Assembly: GCA_024405855.1 (NCBI GenBank)
Contig: JAKSNZ010000004.1
Span: 15,650-79,649 of the forward strand
Length of the DNA: 64,000 nucleotides
DNA from: Paludibacteraceae bacterium
GTDB lineage: Bacteria; Bacteroidota; Bacteroidia; Bacteroidales; Paludibacteraceae
Direction: 5' to 3'
The notes under the pieces were generated by a model, which did not search any database, had not been told where the DNA came from, and was given only the letters and a program-made list of their open reading frames with translations. Both the position numbers and the translations under genes were made by a program. Shown one piece after another: positions 48,292 to 56,930 of this stretch (the first letter of the stretch is position 1; each line of letters opens with the position of its first letter).

Positions 48292-48817
48292 AAAGGAGAT
48301 AAGAACAATTATTAAGGCTCGTGTTAAGGCGTTGAGTGCCAGGGAGCGTGCGGTTGAGGCTGTACAACTGCTCTCTGCCGTCTCTACAGAGCCGCATTTT
48401 GTTTCTGCAAAGAATGTTTTGATTTATAACCCCTTACCCGATGAGATAGATGTTCTGCCTATACTTGAGCGGTTCAAGGCTGTGAAGCGGTTTTTTATGC
48501 CTGTAGTTTGTGCTGATATTCTTAAAATTCTTCCATACACTGAGCAACAGTGTGTAGGGGCTTACAATATCAGTGAGCCGGTGGGCTTAGACTATGTTTC
48601 AATTAATGATATTGACCTTGTTATAGTTCCGGGCGTAGGCTTTACCGCCGATGGATACCGCCTTGGGCGTGGCAAAGGCTACTATGACCGCCTCTTAAGC
48701 GGTGCAGCCTGCTACAAAATTGGTGTATGCTTCAGTTGCCAGATTGAGCCAGCCATCGGGGAAACCGCAGAACCCCACGATGTTAAGATGGATTGTGTGC
48801 TATTTAGTAAGTGTTAA
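48284..48817 (+). CDS. 5-formyltetrahydrofolate cyclo-ligase (MTHFS)
   Basis: MNKKEIRTIIKARV start, VPGVGFTADGYRLGRGKGYYDR motif. The start is chosen at the second ATG (48284). The 3' end overlaps the convergent giant helicase gene by 18 nt. Confidence 0.85.
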   Translation: MNKKEIRTIIKARVKALSARERAVEAVQLLSAVSTEPHFVSAKNVLIYNPLPDEIDVLPILERFKAVKRFFMPVVCADILKILPYTEQQCVGAYNISEPVGLDYVSINDIDLVIVPGVGFTADGYRLGRGKGYYDRLLSGAACYKIGVCFSCQIEPAIGETAEPHDVKMDCVLFSKC

Positions 48818-51800
48818 ATCAATGAGTAGCACTGCGTATTCTTTTTCTTCTTTTGGAGCATCTTTAGGACGCCACGCCACTATAAAACGGATGGTAGCAA
48901 GTGAAATATTATAACCTTTTTCTGTCCAGAAGCATAAATCTGTTTGCATCTTCTGAGAAAATTGACATACAGGAATGTTTGTCTTATGGTCATACAAATA
49001 ATTATTTCTCACTATAAGTTGCTCCCCTGCTCTCAAGGTGAGAATTTCATTTTTGTGGCATTTGAAAAAACCTAAATTTACATCTTTGTGCGTGAGTTGT
49101 AATACTATTTCAGTTGGCATTCCAAAAGAGGTTTGACAGAATATGGTTTTATCGGTCTTCAATTTATCAAACATAGAACAGTTTGTATGTATGAAAAGTC
49201 GTTGTTTGGCACGGGTTATACCGACATAAAAACGGCGAAGCAACTCATCTGTAATATATTGTGGCTCGGTTAACAACATATATACATCATCAAATTCCCT
49301 ACCTTTTGATTTATGTATAGTGGATACTACAATATCAGTTTCTGAAATATCGCAGAAATCTTCCACCGAAGATTCATATACAAATTCTTTAAAATCTGTA
49401 AGATATTTTGACTTATAGGTATTTTCAAACAATTGTATACAACGCTGAAGGTAGTGGAGACTTTCAGATGTATGGTATACGGTAAATGTTCTATTTTTTG
49501 CCTCTTCCCATACCCAATCTGCAATAATAGGAGAATGTGTTTTGTCTTCTATATATTTCAGGAACAAACGTACTTCTGCCATATTCCAGAATCGGAATCC
49601 GTCCATATTCTGAATCAGCTTACTTTGTAAGTTGTGTTTTTTTAACAATGCTACAAGAATGACTGCTTCTTCATTTGTTTGTGTAAGCACACAGGTGGAA
49701 CCTTGCCCACGATGTTGAATTAATTCATTCACAAGTGGTTCATACATACAATCTGATAAATGATGTGTAACTTTTACATATCCATCATTTTTGCTGATTG
49801 AAACAATCCTGTTACTTTTCATTCTGCTGTGAATATTCTGTACAAAGTCATTTGCAAACCGTACAATGTGATTAGGACTGCGAAAATTCTCTGTCATTTC
49901 AATAAACCTACCATCAGATTCTTGTAGCAACTGAAGCATATATTTGGAGTCAGACCCACGGAAATCAAAAATATTTTGGTCATCATCACCGACGGCAATC
50001 ACCCTCATGTCTTCATTTGCAGTCATCAATGCACGCACTAAAGCATATTCTTCGCTACTCATATCCTGAGCCTCATCTATTACAAGTACTGTTTTTGCTA
50101 TGCGGTTAGGCTCAACATCGCCATCATTTATCATTTGAGTTGCACGAGCAACTACATCTTTGGCATCATCCAAATTTCCAATTCTACCTAATAAATCAAA
50201 GCAATATGAGTGAAATGTTTTTATTTCAACAAAATGGGCTGCATTCCCAATAAGTTCCATCAGTCGTTGTTTAAATTCAATAGCAGATGCTCGCGAGAAA
50301 GTGAGCATAAGTAATTGCTCGTGTTTTACATCTTCCAACAGTAGTAATGATGCAAGTTTATGTACTAACACACGGGTTTTACCGCTACCTGGACCAGCAG
50401 CAACAACTATACAACGAGATTCCTTATCTGATATAATTTCCATCTGTTTCTGAGACAGATTGCCGAATAATTGTTTGTATTTACCTGGTGTGACATTTTG
50501 TTCTATCTCACGTAACCGGTTATCTTTGAAATACTTAGAAATAAAACGCTTGTAGTCCATCTGAAAATAATCCTGCACATACTGTAATGCCGCATCATAA
50601 TCCTTGACCATTAGGTTCGCATATTCGCCTACTATGTGAACTTGTTGAATTTTTTGTTTGTAAAACTCATTCAACATTGTGTAGTCATCTTGTTTATAGC
50701 GTAATCTATTATCTTTAATGCGACGGATATCCATAGCATTATATAGTACAAGAAATCCTCCTTCCAATTTAAGCGCGTTAATCTTTGATAGATATAGTAA
50801 GGCTTCCTCTACGTCTTCTATATTTATGTTTTGTAAAGTGCCGAATAAGTTTTTCCCAGATGATTTAATGGACTTTAATAACTCCACAACAGAGAAACGT
50901 ACATCTTGTTTTTGAGAATTCTCAGAGGGTGCTTTCATTGTCAGCTTATAAAGCCATTTGATGGTAAAATGGCATATTTCCAGGCGGCGCTCAAGTCTAC
51001 TCATCGTTGTTGGCTTATCCATTTGACGCATTAGCTCAAGATTATGTGCCGCATCCTCTTTTTTCCTAGTATAACCCTTGATAGTAAGAAAGTTGAGCAA
51101 GGTACGAATATCTTTTTCCGTAGATGTTGAAACGCCGTCATTTTGTGCGTTATCATTCAATTGTTTGTAAGAAATCTGGAGCGTTTTGTCTGGAATATTA
51201 TCAAGTATGTAACGTTCTAGTTTAGAGAATCGCTCTAATAACTTTTTTGACCTGATTTCTGATTCTCCCACATCGTTCAGATATGCCGAAATATCTTTAG
51301 AGTCAGCAAGGATTCCTTCTTGACGCATTCTCTCTACAACAGACACTACTTCGCTCTTATTCAGCCCTAAAATGTCAGCAAGGTAATCCACGCGAGACTC
51401 CGCTTCCGCATCTTGTGCTTTAGATATGTTTTTTTTGGAAATTAAAGACTTTATGATACGCACTGCCTTTTCAACATCTTCTTTTTCAAATAGCAAGGAG
51501 TTGTTTATAAGTTGGCGAGCCTCGTCTATATTATTTACGGTTATCCCAGTAGCATAGACGTGTGGCACGTTATTTCCTCTCTCTAAATACCCTGCTTGTT
51601 CAAGTGCTGCAAGTGCTGTTCTCACTCTTGTTTCAATGTCATGTACAGAATCATCCCAACCAGCTTTTCTTGCTATCTCTAAAGCTGAACAGCATACACG
51701 CGGACGCTGTTTAGTCATTTCTTTAACAGCTTTCCATATTTGTTGAATCTCACTAAGGCTCAACTTGGTTTGGTTTAGAAGAATAAAATGTTTATCAAGA

Positions 51801-53647
51801 TCTGCGTCACAATATAGCACATAACAACGTGCGTCAAGATGTGGGTCGCGTCCCGCACGTCCTGCCTCTTGCACATAGTTTTCTAACGAGTCAGAAATGT
51901 CATAATGTACGACTAATCCTACATCTTTTTTATCCACTCCCATTCCAAACGCTGACGTTGCTACTATAACGCTAATTTTATCTGTCATAAACGCATCTTG
52001 ATTGGAAATTTTTTCTTCTGCATTCATTTGACCATTAAATGGGAGTGCTTTATAACCATCGCGTGATAATTTATCTGCTAATAATTTTGTGCGTTTTGTC
52101 CGTGATACATATACTATGGTAGGACAAGAAGACTCTGCTATTAGCGAACGGAGTTTCATATATTTGTCTTCATCTGTATCAGCATGAATAACGGAGTAAT
52201 GTAGATTTGTTCGAGAGGCGGTTGATGCAAATAGTTCAAGATTTATGTTGAGCATTTGCTTAAAGTAATCGCATATATCTTGAATCACTTTTTGCTTAGC
52301 TGTTGCTGTAAAGCAAGATACAGGGATAGGTTTAGCACAATTCTTATTCTTTTGATATTCCCGAATAAATTTACCGATGTATAGGTAATCCACTCTGAAG
52401 TCTTGCCCCCAAGAAGAAAAACAGTGTGCCTCATCTATTACAAAACGAACCACGTGACGAGCCATCAATATCTTTTCTATGGTTTTTGATCGGAGCATCT
52501 CAGGAGCAATATACAGCAGTGATGCATCTCCATCTTGTACTCTTTGAATAGCAAGCGACCTACTAATAGGGTCCAGTAATCCGTTAATTGTTACTGCATC
52601 TGTAATACCTCTTTCCGCAAGATTATCCACTTGGTCTTTCATTAACGATTGAAGAGGTGATATGACTACTGTAAGTCCGTGTATTGAACGTCCTTCCATT
52701 AGGGCTGGCAGTTGGAATGTTAGTGACTTACCTCCTCCAGTAGGGAATATGGCCAATAGCGATTTCCCCTCAACAGCAGCAAGCACAGCATTTTCTTGCA
52801 GGGATTCTCCACCATAACTACGAAACTGTTCATAACCAAAAAAATGTTTTAAGTTATGATGAATATCAAGGTCTCTATTACAATATTCACAACCATCTTT
52901 ACATTTAGTGTGACGTAAAAGTTTTAAGACATTTTCAACATTCGGATAGGTGTGTAGCACCCACGCAGGTGTTATTGAACGATAATCTGTTGTCTCTATC
53001 AAGGCAAGAGCGAATGCCAATTCTATTGGTTGCTTGTTGATTATGTACTCTATGTCAGTGTGTTCACAAACTTTGCCGTTGTATTCGGACAGAATCAAAT
53101 CTGGCAATTCTATATTGTTCTCAAGTGTTGCATTAACAAATTTAAGAAATCCCGCAAATTCCGGCTCCCTATATAATAAAGCAGCATAGATAATCTTTTT
53201 TGTATTAGATAAAGATTCCCATTGTGAAACTTCATCCATAAGTAGGTCTCTACACTTCTCACAGTCATTTACAGGATTATTCATCTGTTCACTGATGAGT
53301 TTGTCATTTTTAATCAGGTGATGATATGGCCTTTCTGGAAATAATAAAGGTGATACATACAATGTGTCCACCAGAATCCATTTGTTTTTCTTATCACCAA
53401 ATAGATATTGTGCATCGTGGTGTATTATGTTATGTCCGCAAATAAAATCCACATTCCATAGAAGCTCTAATGCTGCTTGCCTATTGGCAGAGTGAAATAT
53501 GGCTCCGTCCCACCTTAAGACACCTATATCGTGTATCTTGTGATCTTTTACACCAACTTCAGTATCAACAAATGCAAAATGAGAGGGATTGAAGGACTTG
53601 TTGACGTCTCCACTGATTGATTCTATGAATTTACTTATAAATGACAT
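48800..53647 (-). CDS. 1615-aa fusion protein: DEDD-exonuclease-like domain + RecQ-type SF2 helicase core + unassigned ~400-aa region + UvrD-type SF1 helicase core + unassigned C-terminal domain
   Basis: Single uninterrupted ORF.
- Exonuclease-like motifs: FAFVDTEV and ICGHNIIHHDAQYLF.
- RecQ motifs: FGYEQFRSYGGESLQ, FPTGGGKSLTFQLP, VIDEAHCFSSWGQDFR, ATSAFGMGVDKKDV, QEAGRAGRD.
- UvrD motifs: AAGPGSGKT, VLVIDEAQDMS, VGDDDQNIFDFRGS, ENFRSPNHI, VSTIHKSKGREFDDVY, YVGITRAKQRL. Confidence 0.85.
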   Translation of the reverse strand: MSFISKFIESISGDVNKSFNPSHFAFVDTEVGVKDHKIHDIGVLRWDGAIFHSANRQAALELLWNVDFICGHNIIHHDAQYLFGDKKNKWILVDTLYVSPLLFPERPYHHLIKNDKLISEQMNNPVNDCEKCRDLLMDEVSQWESLSNTKKIIYAALLYREPEFAGFLKFVNATLENNIELPDLILSEYNGKVCEHTDIEYIINKQPIELAFALALIETTDYRSITPAWVLHTYPNVENVLKLLRHTKCKDGCEYCNRDLDIHHNLKHFFGYEQFRSYGGESLQENAVLAAVEGKSLLAIFPTGGGKSLTFQLPALMEGRSIHGLTVVISPLQSLMKDQVDNLAERGITDAVTINGLLDPISRSLAIQRVQDGDASLLYIAPEMLRSKTIEKILMARHVVRFVIDEAHCFSSWGQDFRVDYLYIGKFIREYQKNKNCAKPIPVSCFTATAKQKVIQDICDYFKQMLNINLELFASTASRTNLHYSVIHADTDEDKYMKLRSLIAESSCPTIVYVSRTKRTKLLADKLSRDGYKALPFNGQMNAEEKISNQDAFMTDKISVIVATSAFGMGVDKKDVGLVVHYDISDSLENYVQEAGRAGRDPHLDARCYVLYCDADLDKHFILLNQTKLSLSEIQQIWKAVKEMTKQRPRVCCSALEIARKAGWDDSVHDIETRVRTALAALEQAGYLERGNNVPHVYATGITVNNIDEARQLINNSLLFEKEDVEKAVRIIKSLISKKNISKAQDAEAESRVDYLADILGLNKSEVVSVVERMRQEGILADSKDISAYLNDVGESEIRSKKLLERFSKLERYILDNIPDKTLQISYKQLNDNAQNDGVSTSTEKDIRTLLNFLTIKGYTRKKEDAAHNLELMRQMDKPTTMSRLERRLEICHFTIKWLYKLTMKAPSENSQKQDVRFSVVELLKSIKSSGKNLFGTLQNINIEDVEEALLYLSKINALKLEGGFLVLYNAMDIRRIKDNRLRYKQDDYTMLNEFYKQKIQQVHIVGEYANLMVKDYDAALQYVQDYFQMDYKRFISKYFKDNRLREIEQNVTPGKYKQLFGNLSQKQMEIISDKESRCIVVAAGPGSGKTRVLVHKLASLLLLEDVKHEQLLMLTFSRASAIEFKQRLMELIGNAAHFVEIKTFHSYCFDLLGRIGNLDDAKDVVARATQMINDGDVEPNRIAKTVLVIDEAQDMSSEEYALVRALMTANEDMRVIAVGDDDQNIFDFRGSDSKYMLQLLQESDGRFIEMTENFRSPNHIVRFANDFVQNIHSRMKSNRIVSISKNDGYVKVTHHLSDCMYEPLVNELIQHRGQGSTCVLTQTNEEAVILVALLKKHNLQSKLIQNMDGFRFWNMAEVRLFLKYIEDKTHSPIIADWVWEEAKNRTFTVYHTSESLHYLQRCIQLFENTYKSKYLTDFKEFVYESSVEDFCDISETDIVVSTIHKSKGREFDDVYMLLTEPQYITDELLRRFYVGITRAKQRLFIHTNCSMFDKLKTDKTIFCQTSFGMPTEIVLQLTHKDVNLGFFKCHKNEILTLRAGEQLIVRNNYLYDHKTNIPVCQFSQKMQTDLCFWTEKGYNISLATIRFIVAWRPKDAPKEEKEYAVLLIDLTLTK

Positions 53648-53704
53648 AGAGGTGTTACCTTATAAGGTTATTATAGTAATCAATTTATTCTATTATAGTT
53701 TTAT

Positions 53705-54526
53705 CTATTCAGGCAGCAAGTAGTCACTTGCTTTGTTGGGTGAGATGGCTGATGTGCCTGTTTTGCTCTCAAGTTGCTTGCGGGCTGCTTTGGCAACGCT
53801 GCCGCCCTCCTTTGCCACAATCTGACTCTCTTTCAAGCCTTTGGGATTCCTCTGCTTTGAAATCTCCGCAGTAGATGCCTCAGCAAGCATATTAAGAGCC
53901 AATTCCACATTGGTCATATTGTCTCGCAAGTTCTCTTTTTTAAGACCTTTGTATTGTTTATATTGTCGGGTAGTCATTCCAGACCATTCCTTAGTGATAA
54001 TATCAGTAAGCGATGCAAATTGCTGACCCTCCTGTATGCCAGCCCTCTGCCACTCATCGGTTAGTTCCTTTCTTACCTCAATGCTTTTTATACGGCTGTT
54101 TATCCATTTGTCACTATAACCAAGGCGTTTATAGTCTGCTATTGCCTGGTCTATGCTCAGTTCAGGGTCTTGCAGTTGGTCTATACGTTGTGATGCCACT
54201 TGCGCCATCCATTGCTTAAATGGCTCAGCCTTACGTGATGGTATGGATTGGATAATGCGGAAAATTTGCTCCGTATCACCAACATCGGTCATACGCATCT
54301 TGCCATCTGCGGCGAGCATTTTCAAACCGTGACAATTTGTCACGGTTTCATTTCCCTCTTCTTTCAACCGCTGCTTTAATTTTCTCCAATATGATTGTGG
54401 GTCAATGCTGTCTGTCAGCACACCGCAAACATCCACCACTGAGAAGTACCATTTCTCTTGTTCGCTATCCCAAACGGTGCGGACTCTCTTCTCATCAAAT
54501 ATCTGTATCTCCTGTTTTTTTGTCAT
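53705..54526 (-). CDS. Bro-N domain protein with a DinD-like (DNA-damage-inducible protein D-type) C-terminal region
   Basis: N-terminus IQIFDEKRVRTVWDSEQEKWYFSVVDVCGVLTDS looks like a Bro-N DNA-binding domain. The C-terminal segment YKGLKKENLRDNMTNVELALNMLAEASTAEI resembles E. coli DinD (KGLKKNQKILDHMGSTELAANLF) as I recall it. Confidence 0.7.
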   Translation of the reverse strand: MTKKQEIQIFDEKRVRTVWDSEQEKWYFSVVDVCGVLTDSIDPQSYWRKLKQRLKEEGNETVTNCHGLKMLAADGKMRMTDVGDTEQIFRIIQSIPSRKAEPFKQWMAQVASQRIDQLQDPELSIDQAIADYKRLGYSDKWINSRIKSIEVRKELTDEWQRAGIQEGQQFASLTDIITKEWSGMTTRQYKQYKGLKKENLRDNMTNVELALNMLAEASTAEISKQRNPKGLKESQIVAKEGGSVAKAARKQLESKTGTSAISPNKASDYLLPE

Positions 54527-54547
54527 CGGGGCAGTAATGTAATAATT

Positions 54548-54742
54548 TTATTTCATCGCAGAGAGTAGTGCTTGGGCTTCTGTGGCGTCAGCCTCATCTA
54601 CATTAAGTTTTACACCACCAACCCCTACGGTAAAGGTGCTGCCCATAATCTCATCTGTCAGATAACAGTTTATACCCGCTTGCTGTAGAAATTGAAGGGC
54701 TCTTTGAGCCTCTATCAACGATGTGAATGTTTGTATAATCAT
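54548..54742 (-). CDS. Small DUF2007-like protein (putative signal-transducing fold)
   Basis: 64 aa. 4-nt overlap with tsaE. The pattern EAQRALQFLQQAGI...DEADATEAQALL is typical of this small family (recollection). Confidence 0.6.
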   Translation of the reverse strand: MIIQTFTSLIEAQRALQFLQQAGINCYLTDEIMGSTFTVGVGGVKLNVDEADATEAQALLSAMK

Positions 54743-55143
54743 AAGTATGTAAGTTCTCTGGTGCCATCTGCGGTTTCTGTGATGTGAACACGCACTGCGT
54801 CATCGGGGAGTAGTTCCTCTATTAGTTCAGGCCACTCTATAAGGCAGAGGTTACCGCTGTAAAAGTAGTTCTCATATCCTATGTCATACGCCTCTTCAAG
54901 TTTCTTAATGCGGTAGAAATCAAAGTGATAGATATTACTGCCGTCTGCCGCAAGGTATTCATTCACGATGGCAAAGGTGGGGCTGTTTACAGCATCGGTA
55001 ACACCAAGTACATTGCATATAGCCTTAATGAATGTGGTTTTGCCCGCACCCATAGAGCCGTAGAAAGCCACGATGCGACGCTCCCCAAGTTCTTTGAGAA
55101 ACTCTGCCGCACTCTCTTCCAGATTATTTAAAAATAATTTCAT
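54739..55143 (-). CDS. tsaE: tRNA t6A37 biosynthesis ATPase TsaE
   Basis: GSMGAGKTTFIKAI Walker A, SPTFAIVNEY, and HFDFYR motifs. Confidence 0.9.
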   Translation of the reverse strand: MKLFLNNLEESAAEFLKELGERRIVAFYGSMGAGKTTFIKAICNVLGVTDAVNSPTFAIVNEYLAADGSNIYHFDFYRIKKLEEAYDIGYENYFYSGNLCLIEWPELIEELLPDDAVRVHITETADGTRELTYL

Positions 55144-55153
55144 AACAATATTT

Positions 55154-55296
55154 ATAATGAATGTACCCTATAAGAGGCGTCCGCACCCCCGCGGTCGTAC
55201 AGGGGGAGGGACCCATATGGGTCACAGACCTATATGGGAGGGGCTATAACCCTTCACAGATGGGTTATAGTCCTCTACATAGGGTACATTCATTAT
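55154..55296. repeat. 143-nt compound palindrome with perfect 18-bp terminal inverted repeats and at least 3 internal hairpins
   Basis: ATAATGAATGTACCCTAT (55154-55171) is the exact reverse complement of 55279-55296, extended by AGAGG/CCTCT. Internal structures: CCCCC/GGGGG (55186-90/55202-06), palindrome GACCCATATGGGTC (55210-55223), and CTATAACCC/GGGTTATAG (55244-52/55262-70). Confidence 0.85.
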
Positions 55297-55312
55297 TTCA
55301 AATATCTTAATG

Positions 55313-56926
55313 CTAAAGTTTTTTGAAAAAATCATTCCCCTTGTTATCCACCAATATGAACGCTGGGAAGTCAACCACCTCAATTTTCCAGATGGCTTCC
55401 ATTCCAAGTTCAGGATACTCAACGCACTCAATGCTCTTAATGTTGTTTTGAGCAAGAATTGCGGCTGGACCACCTATTGAGCCAAGATAGAAACCACCGT
55501 TGGCTTTACATGCATCTGTAACTATTTGGCTGCGATTACCCTTTGCAAGCATAATCATACTGCCGCCGTTCTTTTGGAAGAGGTCAACGTATGGGTCCAT
55601 ACGGTTAGCGGTTGTTGGTCCCATGCTACCACAAGCCATACCGGCAGGAGTCTTGGCAGGACCTGCATAGTAGATAGGGTGGTCTTTAATGTACTGAGGC
55701 AGACCCTCACCACGGTCAAGACGCTCTTTAAGTTTTGCGTGTGCTATATCTCTGCCTACAATTATGGTTCCGTTAAGAGAAAGACGGGTTGATACAGGGT
55801 ACTTGTCAAGTTGTGCAAGAATTTCAGCCATAGGACGGTTAAGGTCAACCTTAACGGCATCGCCCTCTCCGGCATTACGCAGAGCCTCAGGTATAAGTGA
55901 AGAAGGATTGTCATCCATCTTCTCAATCCAAATGCCGTCTTTGTTTATCTTACACTTTATGTTACGGTCTGCAGAGCAACTTACGCCCATACCTACAGGA
56001 CAAGACGCTCCGTGACGTGGCAGACGTATTATGCGGACATCGTGGGCAAGATATTTACCGCCAAACTGAGCACCAAGACCTATCTTCCAAGCCTCTTCAA
56101 GAACCTTCTTCTCAAGTTCAACATCGCGGAAGGCACGTCCGTACTCATTACCTGTGGTAGGAAGTGAGTCATAGTAATGTGTTGAGGCAAGTTTTACGGT
56201 AAGCAGGTTCTTTTCTGCAGATGTGCCGCCAATTACAAATGCAATGTGATATGGCGGGCAAGCGGCTGTTCCAAGAGTCTTGACTTTCTCAACAAGGAAC
56301 GGAACCAATTTTTCAGGGGTAAGCAGGGCTTTGGTCTCTTGGAAAAGATATGACTTGTTAGCACTGCCACCGCCCTTTGTAACGCAAAGGAATCGGTATT
56401 CCATACCTTCTGTTGCCTCTATGTCTATTTGTGCAGGCAGGTTACATTTAGTGTTAACCTCCTTGTACATATCAAGCGGAGCATTCTGAGAGTAACGCAG
56501 ATTCTCTTCTGTGTAGGTTTTGAACACACCAAGTGAAAGGGCTTCCTCATCACAGTAACCTGTCCAAACCTGCTGACCTTTCTCTCCGTGAATAATGGCT
56601 GTACCTGTATCCTGACATAGCGGAAGTTTGCCTTTGCAAGCCACATCGGCGTTACGAAGGAATGTAAGAGCCACATACTTGTCATTCTCTGATGCCTCCG
56701 GGTCATTTAGGATTTTTGCAACCTGCTCATTGTGAGCACGGCGAAGCAAGAATGAAACGTCACGAAATGCGGCGTTTGCCATAGCGGTAAGACCTTCTTT
56801 TGCAACCTTAAGAATAGGTTTGCCCTCAAACTCGCTTACTGTAACATAGTCTTTTGTAAGCAGATAGTACTCTGTTGTGTCCTCTCCAATAGGGAACGGA
56901 ACCTGATAATGAAACTCTGTAGCCAT
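55313..56926 (-). CDS. Fumarate hydratase, class I (Fe-S, fused alpha/beta)
   Basis: 537 aa from MATEFHYQ, with CQDTGTAI and GGSANK motifs of class I fumarases. The ORF-track start at 56998 would overlap the upstream gene. Confidence 0.9.
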   Translation of the reverse strand: MATEFHYQVPFPIGEDTTEYYLLTKDYVTVSEFEGKPILKVAKEGLTAMANAAFRDVSFLLRRAHNEQVAKILNDPEASENDKYVALTFLRNADVACKGKLPLCQDTGTAIIHGEKGQQVWTGYCDEEALSLGVFKTYTEENLRYSQNAPLDMYKEVNTKCNLPAQIDIEATEGMEYRFLCVTKGGGSANKSYLFQETKALLTPEKLVPFLVEKVKTLGTAACPPYHIAFVIGGTSAEKNLLTVKLASTHYYDSLPTTGNEYGRAFRDVELEKKVLEEAWKIGLGAQFGGKYLAHDVRIIRLPRHGASCPVGMGVSCSADRNIKCKINKDGIWIEKMDDNPSSLIPEALRNAGEGDAVKVDLNRPMAEILAQLDKYPVSTRLSLNGTIIVGRDIAHAKLKERLDRGEGLPQYIKDHPIYYAGPAKTPAGMACGSMGPTTANRMDPYVDLFQKNGGSMIMLAKGNRSQIVTDACKANGGFYLGSIGGPAAILAQNNIKSIECVEYPELGMEAIWKIEVVDFPAFILVDNKGNDFFKKL

Positions 56927-56930
56927 ATAT

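Noticed and set aside
48083-54547. Looked for hallmarks of a mobile island around the helicase module: integrase, transposase, flanking direct repeats, tRNA attachment site.
   Set aside because: None was found. The only relic is the Fic fragment, and the nearest tRNA is 14 kb away. An accessory origin therefore remains an inference from gene content and by-eye AT-richness only.
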